DNA of 64,000 bases from Actinomycetes bacterium (GTDB lineage Bacteria > Actinomycetota > Acidimicrobiia > Acidimicrobiales > JAMCPL01): NCBI GenBank assembly GCA_021816935.1, contig JAKAWR010000006.1, positions 86,977-150,976 of the forward strand, written 5' to 3'. A model generated the notes under the pieces. That model made no database searches and was not told the origin of the DNA. It saw nothing but the letters and a program-made list of their open reading frames with translations. Both the position numbers and the translations under genes were made by a program. Below are positions 50,801 to 58,939 of this stretch, piece by piece (the first letter of the stretch is position 1; the number at the start of each line of letters is the position of its first letter).

Positions 50801-51552
50801 AGTTGCGGGGCCGGGTGGGCAGGGCCGGCCAGCGGGCTTACGCCTACTTCATGTACCCGCCGGGCAGGACGCTTACGGAGGCGGCCTACGAGCGCCTGCG
50901 CACCATCGGCGAGAACACGGAGCTCGGAGCAGGCTTCAAGATCGCGATGCGCGACCTGGAGATACGGGGCGCCGGCAACCTGCTGGGGCGAAGCCAGTCC
51001 GGCCACATGGCCGCCGTTGGCTACGACCTCTACGTGCAGATGGTCGCAGAGGAGGTGGCCGAGCTCAAGGGGGAGAGAATGCCCGAACCACCTCGGGTCG
51101 CGATCGACCTGCCGGTAAAGGCTGCGCTGCCCGCCGATTACGTGGAAAGGGAGGATCTGCGCCTGGAGGCTTACAGGCTGCTTGCGACAGCATCGGCAGC
51201 GGAGGAGGTGGATGAGGTGCGGGATTCCCTCGTTGATCGTTTCGGGCCGCTTCCGGCGTTGGCGGCCGAGCTGGTGAATATCGCGCAGCTGAGGGTCCTC
51301 TGCATCGAGCGGGGGGTGACGGATGTGAGCGCCGGGCCGGAACGTTACGGGGGGCGCAGGGAGGTCGAGATTACCCCGGTGAGGCTGCCCGCCTCGGCGC
51401 AGGTGCGGCTCAGGCGACTACATCCGCACGCGATATATGTTGAGCACGCTGCGAGGCTCGTTCTCCGGCTCGACAGTGAAGAGCAGCAGAGGCCTGTCGA
51501 CATCGTCTCCGCGGCGCTTCGGGACCTAATGCCCGCCGTTCCGCCGGTGTGA
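47848..51552 (+). CDS. mfd: Transcription-repair coupling factor
   Basis: UvrB-homology N-terminus, an RNAP-interacting region, and superfamily-2 helicase motifs (GDVGFGKTEVA, VVDEEHRFGV, TANPIPRTL, QLHQLRGRVGR); 1234 aa. Confidence 0.95.
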   Translation: MAIGRMNILVDVWEPGEPAPAVLAALEQVQPLVAAVWARSGTYRSVLVVTPTAGEAERIARDARVWLGSVVVGGQRAAAAGAGREGNAEPAGHTSTTGPASTAGVARGDRKDRRQVRVMEFPAWDTLPFERVSPRVESMGERVRVLHALQDGGSAEPSDGGRLMVVASVRAVLQRLCPGQPSAPVGIAVGDTVDLSGLAAELSRMGYRREYMAEHRGEYAVRGGILDIYPSTSDMPVRVDLLGDEIESVFELDPVDQRSKREIGRVEVFPAREFLPTPEVRAMAAELVAELPGAAGPLEKIAEGQLFDGMETFMPVLVGQERLIADLLGEDSLVVLADPGRIEARSEELASDEAALAAALAPTWGIGAVEPIGKASAGGEPASGGGGDPPADAGGDPASGLPRLHLDHQRMLARTPAHACALVSVSTGPAVPTVEASQVDLPRADPEALVSRLASHVAEGWRVVVAAQGEGSAERLSERLMDLRPRSIEPASPVMDLLDGDPGLAIAVAPLEQGFVMPGQRTMVIAEPDLTGHRPFRRPARNRGRRGTGRPSAARDSGETTFFDDLAPGSYVVHSDYGVARYEGMVVRTMAGSTRDYLLLAFRGSDRLYLPTDQIDMLTAYSGGETPTLSKLGGGDWQKTRSRARAAVHELARDLVELYRERSQVAGHAFSEDGPWQGELEDSFPYVMTPGQAGAIAAVKEDMESERPMDRLVCGDVGFGKTEVAVQAVFKAVVEGRQAAVLAPTTLLAQQHTQTFAERLSGFPVTIGTLSRFTPPAEARRLAQELAAGKVDVVIGTHRILQEAVRFKNLGLIVVDEEHRFGVNHKEALKHLFVGVDVLTLTANPIPRTLEMALTGIRELSVIDTPPEERQPILTFVGKYDEAAVVEAVRREMLREGLVFYVHNHVADIERVGARLSELVPSARVAVAHGQMEEGRLERIMMDVWERRYDVLVATTIIEAGIDVPSASTLVVDTAHRLGLGQLHQLRGRVGRAGQRAYAYFMYPPGRTLTEAAYERLRTIGENTELGAGFKIAMRDLEIRGAGNLLGRSQSGHMAAVGYDLYVQMVAEEVAELKGERMPEPPRVAIDLPVKAALPADYVEREDLRLEAYRLLATASAAEEVDEVRDSLVDRFGPLPALAAELVNIAQLRVLCIERGVTDVSAGPERYGGRREVEITPVRLPASAQVRLRRLHPHAIYVEHAARLVLRLDSEEQQRPVDIVSAALRDLMPAVPPV

Positions 51553-51634
51553 GCGTTGGAGCCGGTGCGACCGGTTTGCCAGCGTTACCCGGCCGGCCAC
51601 TTGACGGGCGGGGCTTACTTGAACAGTGCGCCGG

Positions 51635-54600
51635 CTACTTGGCGGGGAGGGCTGTGTACCAGCCGGTCACGTCGATGGCGAGAGCGGTGGTACCGCTCAG
51701 GTTGAAAACTTCGACGGCGCCCCCCTGGCCCCCCTGGCCGCTCCCCGCGGCGACAGGCAGCAGGACCATATTGGCTTTGATCGTCCCCGGGCTCCAGTTG
51801 AGGTTCGATGTGTCCGGCTTGGTTGTACCCAACTGGTAGATCGTAAGGTAGCTGTTCGTCGTCGTCAGGGTCACGGTCACGTTGGCGGTCACCGAGACCG
51901 CATCGGCCGGCAGGGAGCCTGCTCCGATTACCTGTGCTGCCAGTTCACCCGCCGTACCGGCACCTACAGGGGTCCCGGAATTGGCGCATTGACGCGAGGC
52001 GCCGCTTGCCGCGTCCGGTGCTCCGCCGATTTGAGCGGCGGAGCGCGTGTCGCATATCCGGAACGGCGAGCTGGGTGTGAACGCGTAGCCACTTGGCGAG
52101 AACCATGCGCTCACGTCGACGATGACCTGGGACGTGCCCGATGAGTTGTAGATTTCTATCTTGCCGAGGCCGGTGCCCTGGCCCAGGGCGACCATGACGC
52201 TGTCCGACGCGGTGCGATGCACGAAGTTGACGCTGGACGTCGTGGTCCGGGTCGTTCCCGCGGGCCACACCGTGAGATAGCCGTTGGCAGTCGGCGGCCC
52301 GGCTGCTGTGACGTTGAGCATCACGGCGCTCACGCCCGAGGAGGGGATTCCATTTACCCCCGCCACCTGGATCGTGATGGTCCCACCGGGTCCGGGAGCC
52401 GTTATAGCGGAGTTGGGCGCGGGTATGGCCTCGCCGGTGCAGTACGCGGGCAGGCTACGCGGCGGGTTCGTCGTCGTGCAACGGGTGTCGAGGATCCTGA
52501 CGGGAGACGTTAGTGGATCAAGATAGGTTCCACCGGGAGCCGCAGGCGCGTAGTAACCTTCAACGTCCACGATGACGTTGACTCCGGCGCTGGACGAGAG
52601 AACGGAGATCTTACCGAGCGACCCGACTGCGACAGTGACGAGGTTCGGGACCGGCTCCGCCGGAGTGTAGTTGAGGCTCGACGTCGTCGGAGGAGCAGTG
52701 CCTGCCGGGTACGCCGACAGGAAGCCGTTATGCGCCTGCGCCGGCGCGACGGCGGTCAGCGTGATGACGACCGCCTCAGCGTTGTTCGGGACGGCACCGG
52801 CCCCGGGCCCGGTGCCGGTGGTACTCGTGATCTGTATCTCTATGGATCCGCCGGCTGCAGGCGGGTTGAGAGCGGCGTTGGCCGTCGGGAGGCGCTCGCT
52901 CTGGCATTCGGAAGCGGGCAGAACTGGCGGGCTGGAGCTGCAGCGGGTGTCGGCCTCGCGGAAGGGGTTTACGGGCACGTAGGGGAGTGACGGTGTTACG
53001 TAGACGAAACCCACTGCAGCGCTCGTGCCCGATGGCGTCGTTACCGTGACCCCCACGACGCCGGGCGACGCATAGGAGGGCACGGTAACAGTTACCTCGC
53101 TTGCCGATACGACGGTAAGAGACGGTGCTGTTCCGGCGGGGCCGAACGTTGCTGCCGTAGCGGAGAGGAGGTACGTGCCCATGATGGTCGCGCTGGCTCC
53201 GCCGGTCAGCGGGGACGAATCCGGCGTGATGAAGGTGATCGACGGAGGCGGTGCCTGTTTCTCCAGGATCACCTGGTCGTTCGTGGTTGCACCGGTGGCG
53301 AAGCATACCTCCGTGCCCGGCGGGCACTCTATAGAGTAGATCGTGACCACGCCGGTGGGGAGCGGTTCGCCTGCCCACGTCCGGCCCCCGTCGGTCGTGC
53401 CCATGGCCACGGGGACCGATCCTGGGGACCCGGCCATGCCCACCATGCTGCAGTACTCGCCAGCGGAGCAGGAGACCCCAAGGACGGCGCTTGTGCCCGG
53501 CGGCGACTTGACGGCGGTCCACGTGGCTCCGCCGTCCGACGTGGTGACGATCTCGGCGGCGGACGTACTTCCCACTGCAATGCAATCGGTCGCGGTCGGG
53601 CACGAGACGCTGAAGAGCGGCGGCATGCCCTGCGGAGTCGAACCGAGCTTCCAGGTCGCTCCGCCGTCCGACGTGTACACCGCGTACCCCACGCTATGGC
53701 CAGAATCGAACCCCACCGCTGCGCAGTGAGTCGTGTCGGCGCACGACACGGCTATAAGTATGCCGATCGGTGCCTGCGTGCCGCCTCGAGCGACCACGTC
53801 CGGCGGTGTCGACGTCGACCAGGTGGCACCGGCGTCGGTCGACTTGTAGATGTAGGCCTGGTTCTCCCCCGAGGCGGAACCGACGGCGAAGCATTCCGAA
53901 GTTGAGGGACACGACACCCATTCCATCGACTGCTTGCCCGTGGGAACAGTGCCGGCGGTCCAGGTGAGGCCTGCGTTCACCGTCGTGGCCGCGTGCGAGG
54001 TGGAGTCGGTATTGTCGTCCCCTACGGCAGTGCACTGCGAAGGGGCGGGGCAGGAAACGCTCTCCAAGCTCATTGGAGAAGGTGGCGGGGTCTGCGAAGA
54101 CCACGTGGCACCACCGTCGCCTGTCGCCTCTATGAATGCGGTCGTTCTTGCGGCATCGTATCCGACAGCGGTGCAGCGGAACGTTCCGTAACAGCCTATG
54201 GCGGGAAGCTGTGCCATCCCTTCGGGTGCCGCCTTGGTCGACCAGGTCTTGCCGCCGTCGGTGGTCTGGAGGATGGTGGCCACCTGCCCCAGCCGCGCGG
54301 CCCCTACAGCAGTGCACCCTGTGGCGGTGGGGCAGGAGATGCCGTCGAGTGCGCCTGCACCAGAAGGGAAACCGGTAAGCGACGTCCAGGACGATCCTCC
54401 GTCGGTAGTCTCGATCGCGATTGGAGTGGTGGTGTCGTAATTGCCCGGGCTCACGGCAAGGCACGTCGTAGAGGAGGTGCAGCTCACCGATGTGAGTGCA
54501 TCGAGCCCCGGAGGCGTCGAGGGAGGCGTCGAGGTGGTCCACGACGTGCCGCCATTCGCTGTGTCGACGATCCATGGAGTGGCGGTCCCTCCTCCGGCCG

Positions 54601-55642
54601 GCAGGGCGGTACCTGTCGCTACGCAGGTAGTGGAGCTCGGGCAACTCATAGAGAGAGCATCGTCACTGCTCGTCCCGGGCATAGGGTAAGCGGCCCAGGT
54701 AGATCCTCCGTCGGTCGACACGAAGCCCGCAGGGCCTACGGCGTTGCTCCCGGCCTGCGCCATCCCTGCAGCCACGCAGCGGGTCGCGGAGTAACAGGAG
54801 ACGACCTGCATGGCAGCCCCGGCAATCGCCGCCGGATGCGTGCTCCACGTTGTTCCGCCGTCGGTCGTTGTCACCGATCCCGCCGAGACGGTCTTCACGC
54901 CCCCGGCGCCCACCTGCGACAGGAGCCCGACCGCGACGCAGGTGCTGGCGGTCGGGCATGAAACGGTGAAGATCTGCTGTGCAGCCGAAGGCAGGGTTGC
55001 CGCCGTCCAGGTTGAGCCTCCGTTACGGGTGACGATCAATGCCGCCCGAGGTATGTTTCCGTATTGCTCGGGGACGGCCACGCACGTCGTCGTACTGCCG
55101 CAGGAGATGTCTCCGATCAGTTGCGTGCCGTCCGGGAGGGTGCCGGCACTCCACGACGCTCCCGAGTCCGTAGTCGAGATCGTCGCCCCGTACATGGCGT
55201 AGTTGTAACCGGTAGCGACGCATGTGCTTGCCGACGGGCAGCTCACTGCCTCGAGGGGACCTATCTGGCTGGGGTATTGCGAGACCATCTGCCACGAACC
55301 GTTCGGAGCGGCCACCTTCGAAGAAAGGGTCGTGCGCCGCGCGGCCACTGTACCCGGCGAGGGAGGAGATGCACTTGAAGTGGCGGCAGAGCTTCCCGAG
55401 GTGAGACGAGTGGTTGCCAGGCTCGGGCTCGGGCCGCCCGCCGTGCGGGTGCCGTAAGCAGCCGTACCTCCACCGGGCACCGTCGCCCCGGGCATCGTCG
55501 CCCCGGGCACCGTCGCCCCGGGCACCGCCATTCCGAGAGCGAGGAGGCTGAGGCGAGCCCTGCCACGAGCAAGTTTCCACGAGTCCAACAGCCGTCTCAG
55601 GAGCGTTCCGGCGGCCGCTGTTTCGAGTGCTGGAGTGGGCAT
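51635..55642 (-). CDS. Giant secreted protein C: 14 Cys-pair BNR/Asp-box-like blades (two 7-blade propellers), an IPT/TIG domain, and three C-terminal DTR...GWY repeats
   Basis: Fourteen units of the type VSCPSASTCVATG...TTDSGASWS. IPT/TIG-like ITFITPDSSPLTGGASATIMGTYL...VTVTVPS...GVVGVTVTTPSGTS. Three C-terminal repeats ending in TGWYTALPAK. The start is uncertain: ATG at 55642, TTG at 55588 (which gives MDSWKLARGRARLSLLALGMAVPGA), or the longest ORF at 55885. Confidence 0.8.
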   Translation of the reverse strand: MPTPALETAAAGTLLRRLLDSWKLARGRARLSLLALGMAVPGATVPGATMPGATVPGGGTAAYGTRTAGGPSPSLATTRLTSGSSAATSSASPPSPGTVAARRTTLSSKVAAPNGSWQMVSQYPSQIGPLEAVSCPSASTCVATGYNYAMYGATISTTDSGASWSAGTLPDGTQLIGDISCGSTTTCVAVPEQYGNIPRAALIVTRNGGSTWTAATLPSAAQQIFTVSCPTASTCVAVGLLSQVGAGGVKTVSAGSVTTTDGGTTWSTHPAAIAGAAMQVVSCYSATRCVAAGMAQAGSNAVGPAGFVSTDGGSTWAAYPMPGTSSDDALSMSCPSSTTCVATGTALPAGGGTATPWIVDTANGGTSWTTSTPPSTPPGLDALTSVSCTSSTTCLAVSPGNYDTTTPIAIETTDGGSSWTSLTGFPSGAGALDGISCPTATGCTAVGAARLGQVATILQTTDGGKTWSTKAAPEGMAQLPAIGCYGTFRCTAVGYDAARTTAFIEATGDGGATWSSQTPPPSPMSLESVSCPAPSQCTAVGDDNTDSTSHAATTVNAGLTWTAGTVPTGKQSMEWVSCPSTSECFAVGSASGENQAYIYKSTDAGATWSTSTPPDVVARGGTQAPIGILIAVSCADTTHCAAVGFDSGHSVGYAVYTSDGGATWKLGSTPQGMPPLFSVSCPTATDCIAVGSTSAAEIVTTSDGGATWTAVKSPPGTSAVLGVSCSAGEYCSMVGMAGSPGSVPVAMGTTDGGRTWAGEPLPTGVVTIYSIECPPGTEVCFATGATTNDQVILEKQAPPPSITFITPDSSPLTGGASATIMGTYLLSATAATFGPAGTAPSLTVVSASEVTVTVPSYASPGVVGVTVTTPSGTSAAVGFVYVTPSLPYVPVNPFREADTRCSSSPPVLPASECQSERLPTANAALNPPAAGGSIEIQITSTTGTGPGAGAVPNNAEAVVITLTAVAPAQAHNGFLSAYPAGTAPPTTSSLNYTPAEPVPNLVTVAVGSLGKISVLSSSAGVNVIVDVEGYYAPAAPGGTYLDPLTSPVRILDTRCTTTNPPRSLPAYCTGEAIPAPNSAITAPGPGGTITIQVAGVNGIPSSGVSAVMLNVTAAGPPTANGYLTVWPAGTTRTTTSSVNFVHRTASDSVMVALGQGTGLGKIEIYNSSGTSQVIVDVSAWFSPSGYAFTPSSPFRICDTRSAAQIGGAPDAASGASRQCANSGTPVGAGTAGELAAQVIGAGSLPADAVSVTANVTVTLTTTNSYLTIYQLGTTKPDTSNLNWSPGTIKANMVLLPVAAGSGQGGQGGAVEVFNLSGTTALAIDVTGWYTALPAK
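55473..55529. repeat. 15-bp tandem repeat x3.8 (ccgggcaccgtcgcc), in frame near the N-terminus of protein C
   Basis: It encodes VPGATVPGATMPGATVPGG. Read directly; one unit has a single substitution. Confidence 0.9.
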
Positions 55643-55663
55643 CGCCCGCAGGCCGTGGCGGCA

Positions 55664-55731
55664 ACCTCGGAGAGTTCGTCGTCCAGCCTGCTCGCCGACC
55701 TCGGAGAGCTCGTCGTCCAGCCTGCCCGCCG
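55664..55731. repeat. 34-bp tandem duplication x2 (2 mismatches) upstream of the probable start of protein C
   Basis: acctcggagagttcgtcgtccagcctgctcgccg / acctcggagagctcgtcgtccagcctgcccgccg, followed by a partial acct. The unit length is not a multiple of 3. Confidence 0.9.
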
Positions 55732-56149
55732 ACCTAGCGAAGCGCGTAGTTCGCTGCCTCGTAGTGCGCACGACTCCAGTGTATAGTTTTTCAGGAGACG
55801 AGTCCGGCGGTCGGTCCCTGGCTGGCCGGTGGGCGGTCGTAGCCGGAGATGCCGGGTGAGACCGGTCGAGATGAGTCGGTTTCATGGGTTGGCATACCGG
55901 GATCTGAAGTCGGCGAGGAATGCCTTGGTATTACCGGGCCGTCGAGCGCCCGGTGATTGCGTTCGTGTTGGGAGTCTCAGGGATTAACGGTAAGATGAGG
56001 CTCATGGCGTACGGGAGCGAAGCCCTTTACGTACGGTTGATCAAGGCGGGCTCTGGCGCGGCATCGGGCGAGGTGGGTGGACTGCGGTGGCTGCGCGCCT
56101 CCACAGTCCTCGGTTGGTGCTTTACAGGTCGGGAGCAGGGGACATTTAC

Positions 56150-57862
56150 ATGAGCGCACTGGACACACTTGCGGCCATGAGTGAGGAGCGGAGCCGCTCC
56201 CACCCGCGGCGGTGGATTGTCTCCGTGGGGATCGCCCTTGGCGCCTTGGTGGTGGCGGGGGGCCTTGCGGTTGCAGCCTTGCTGCTCTTCGGCAGGCCGG
56301 CGGTTTCCATCGTCAATTCGGATAGAGCACTGGCGCAGGTGCGGCCCGGCGGCTTCGGTGCGCGAGTGGTTTTTGTGGATGCGCGGGTGGCTTCGGTTAA
56401 TGGCGCGGGCGGTTCGGGTAGCTCCATCACGATTGATCGACGGGGGGATCAGCTGTGGCCGGCCGAGGACGTCCGGCCGGGGGAGATGGTGACGGTGACG
56501 GCACGTGTGGCGAGCCCGTCATGGCTGAGGTGGCTTTATGGCAAACCCGTGACGGCATCGTTGACTGTTGAGGCGCCATCGGCGAAGCTGCTTACCAAGC
56601 GGGAGTTCTCGCTCGCCGATCACAAGCTTCCATTGGACTTCACTGCACCGGTTGCTACGGTCAGTTACAGTACGGGCGGTTCGGGCGACCCGATGGTCAC
56701 CCTCCAGTCGCCGGAGGCGAATGTGAACGTCGCGGTACCTTCGGGCCAGGAGAATGGAACGGTCAACGTGAGGTATTCCGCCCGATCCTGGGAGCCGCTG
56801 ATTTCGGTTCCGCAACGGGTTCAGTGGTTTGCCCCGGTGCCCGGTCCGGTGCCAACCGTGGCTGTGAGCCCGGTTCCCGGCAGCGGTTCGGCCCACCCGA
56901 TCACTCCGATCAGGTTGGCCTTCTCGGTTCCGGTAGTGCAGGCGCTCGGTGGGACGATGCCCTCGGTCTCTCCGCCGATCAAGGGCTCCTGGTTGCAGAC
57001 ATCGCTGACGAGCGTGGCCTTCCAGCCTGCGTCGGTATTCGATCCGGGGGCCCAAGAAAAGGTGGTACTGCCTCATACGTTCTGGCTGGCCGCCCCGGGA
57101 GAAGTGCCGAACAAGTCCTCCTCGTTCAGTTTCTCGGTTGCGAGCGGGTCGGTCCTTCGTGCTCAGCAGATCCTCGCCCAGCTCGGCTACCTGCCGCTGG
57201 TTTTCACGCCGGCGGCCGGGGTGAGGCAGCCGGACAGCCTGGCTTCCGAAGAGGCGAGCACCTTCTCGCCGCTCGCCGGGTCATTCTCGTGGCGCTGGTC
57301 GAACACGCCCTCGTCGCTCGTAGCGATGTGGGATCCGGGGTCGTCGTCGTCGATGGTCCAGGGCGCGTTGATGACCTTCGCGTTGGATGCGGGTTTGTAC
57401 GTTTCGGAGATGCGCTTCGAGAGCGCACAGCAGATCCTGACGCGGCAGGTGTGGATGGCCCTGTTGCAGGCCGCTCTCGCAGGGAAGAGTGATCCGCATC
57501 CGTACTCCTATGTATACGTCCAGGAGGCCTTGCCGCAAACGCTCACGCTCTGGGAGAACGGCAGCGTCGTGCTCACGACGCTCGCGAACACGGGGATATC
57601 CGTCGATCCGACGGCAACCGGTGTCTACCCGATCTACGTGCGCTATGCGGAGAACTGGATGAGCGGAACGAACCCGAACGGCAGCTACTACCACGATCTC
57701 GTACACTGGATCAACTACTTCAACGGTGGCGATGCCGTACATGGGTTCGTTCGCGCGTCTTACGGGTGGCCGCAGAGCCTCGGCTGCGTCGAATTGCCGC
57801 TCGGGGCCGCCCAAACCGCCTTCAACGACTTGGCGGTCGGTGATCTCGTAAACGTTGTCTGA
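56150..57862 (+). CDS. L,D-transpeptidase (YkuD domain) with an N-terminal TM anchor and long Ig-like/PG-binding-like spacer domains
   Basis: C-terminal catalytic motif DAVHGFVRASYGWPQSLGCVELP (His ... SxGC). TM anchor WIVSVGIALGALVVAGGLAVAALLLF. The start was set at the Met at 56150. Confidence 0.8.
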   Translation: MSALDTLAAMSEERSRSHPRRWIVSVGIALGALVVAGGLAVAALLLFGRPAVSIVNSDRALAQVRPGGFGARVVFVDARVASVNGAGGSGSSITIDRRGDQLWPAEDVRPGEMVTVTARVASPSWLRWLYGKPVTASLTVEAPSAKLLTKREFSLADHKLPLDFTAPVATVSYSTGGSGDPMVTLQSPEANVNVAVPSGQENGTVNVRYSARSWEPLISVPQRVQWFAPVPGPVPTVAVSPVPGSGSAHPITPIRLAFSVPVVQALGGTMPSVSPPIKGSWLQTSLTSVAFQPASVFDPGAQEKVVLPHTFWLAAPGEVPNKSSSFSFSVASGSVLRAQQILAQLGYLPLVFTPAAGVRQPDSLASEEASTFSPLAGSFSWRWSNTPSSLVAMWDPGSSSSMVQGALMTFALDAGLYVSEMRFESAQQILTRQVWMALLQAALAGKSDPHPYSYVYVQEALPQTLTLWENGSVVLTTLANTGISVDPTATGVYPIYVRYAENWMSGTNPNGSYYHDLVHWINYFNGGDAVHGFVRASYGWPQSLGCVELPLGAAQTAFNDLAVGDLVNVV

Positions 57863-58024
57863 TAATCCTGCAACCGTCACCCTCCCTCCCTTCACGGGAT
57901 AAACCCCTACGGAGCCGGTCGCGGGTGCGTACGTGGCATACGTACCCGGCCACCGGGAATTACGGGCGGGCCTTCGGAGATCCCTACGTTCAATTACCGG
58001 CGTCGTCTGGAACATGCTTATGGT

Positions 58025-58939
58025 ATGGAACCAACCGCTCCGGAGTACCGATCGGGAACAAGTACGCATTCATCGTTGTCGCCCGGGGCGGCGAACCCAT
58101 CGCGGCACCCCGGTGCGCCGCGCCCGCACGATAACGGCCTGTCCAGGCGACGGTTCCTCAAGAGAGTTGGTGCCGGTGCCGCGGGCGTATCTATCCTGGC
58201 GGCCGGCGGAGCGGACCTGCTGCCGAGCAGTGCCTCCGCAGCACCCGGGGCCGGCGCGGGCTCGCCGGCCAAGCCCAAGGCATCGCACCAGTGGTGCATG
58301 GTTATCGACCTTCGTTATTGCGATGGGTGCAAGCAGTGCACGGCGGCGTGCCAGAAGGCGCACTATCTGCACGAGGACCAGACGTGGATACGGGTTTTCA
58401 CGATGGAGGGCGAGAGCGGGAACACCTACCACATGCCGCGTCCCTGTATGATGTGCGAGGACCCTCCGTGCGTTCCCGTCTGCCCCGTCAGCGCGAATTT
58501 CAGGACCGACGAGGGGCTGACGCTCGTGAACCAGCAGCGCTGCATCGGAACCCGGATATGTATGAACGCATGTCCCTACCAGGCGCGCTATTTCAACTGG
58601 ACCAGTCCGGCTCCGGCGCCTCGCCAGCCGTTTGCCCAGACGCCGGAGTGGCCTGTTCCCCAGGTAAAGGGGACAGTGGGTAAGTGTGTCTTCTGTGCCG
58701 CGATGCTGCCGGCCGGCAAGATCCCTGAATGCGTGGCGGGATGCCCGATGGGTGTTCTGTACCTCGGGGACCTGGAGAGCGACGTCGCCGTGAACGGCTT
58801 CGGGAATGTGATCAAGCTGTCGCAGTTCCTTGCTGACAACGACGCGGTGAAGTTCAAGGAAGACTACGGGACCCACCCGAGGGTCTGGTACATCCTCGGG
58901 CACGGGCAGGATCTCGGGAGCGACTCGGAGGCCTCATGA
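58025..58939 (+). CDS. Tat-exported 4-cluster ferredoxin-like Fe-S subunit (NrfC/PsrB/DsrO/HybA family)
   Basis: Twin-arginine signal LSRRRFLKRVGAGAAGVSILAAG. Cys motifs: CDGCKQCTAAC, CMMCEDPPCVPVCP, CIGTRICMNACP (the second Cys of this group is replaced by Thr), and CVFCAAML...CVAGCP. Confidence 0.85.
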   Translation: MEPTAPEYRSGTSTHSSLSPGAANPSRHPGAPRPHDNGLSRRRFLKRVGAGAAGVSILAAGGADLLPSSASAAPGAGAGSPAKPKASHQWCMVIDLRYCDGCKQCTAACQKAHYLHEDQTWIRVFTMEGESGNTYHMPRPCMMCEDPPCVPVCPVSANFRTDEGLTLVNQQRCIGTRICMNACPYQARYFNWTSPAPAPRQPFAQTPEWPVPQVKGTVGKCVFCAAMLPAGKIPECVAGCPMGVLYLGDLESDVAVNGFGNVIKLSQFLADNDAVKFKEDYGTHPRVWYILGHGQDLGSDSEAS

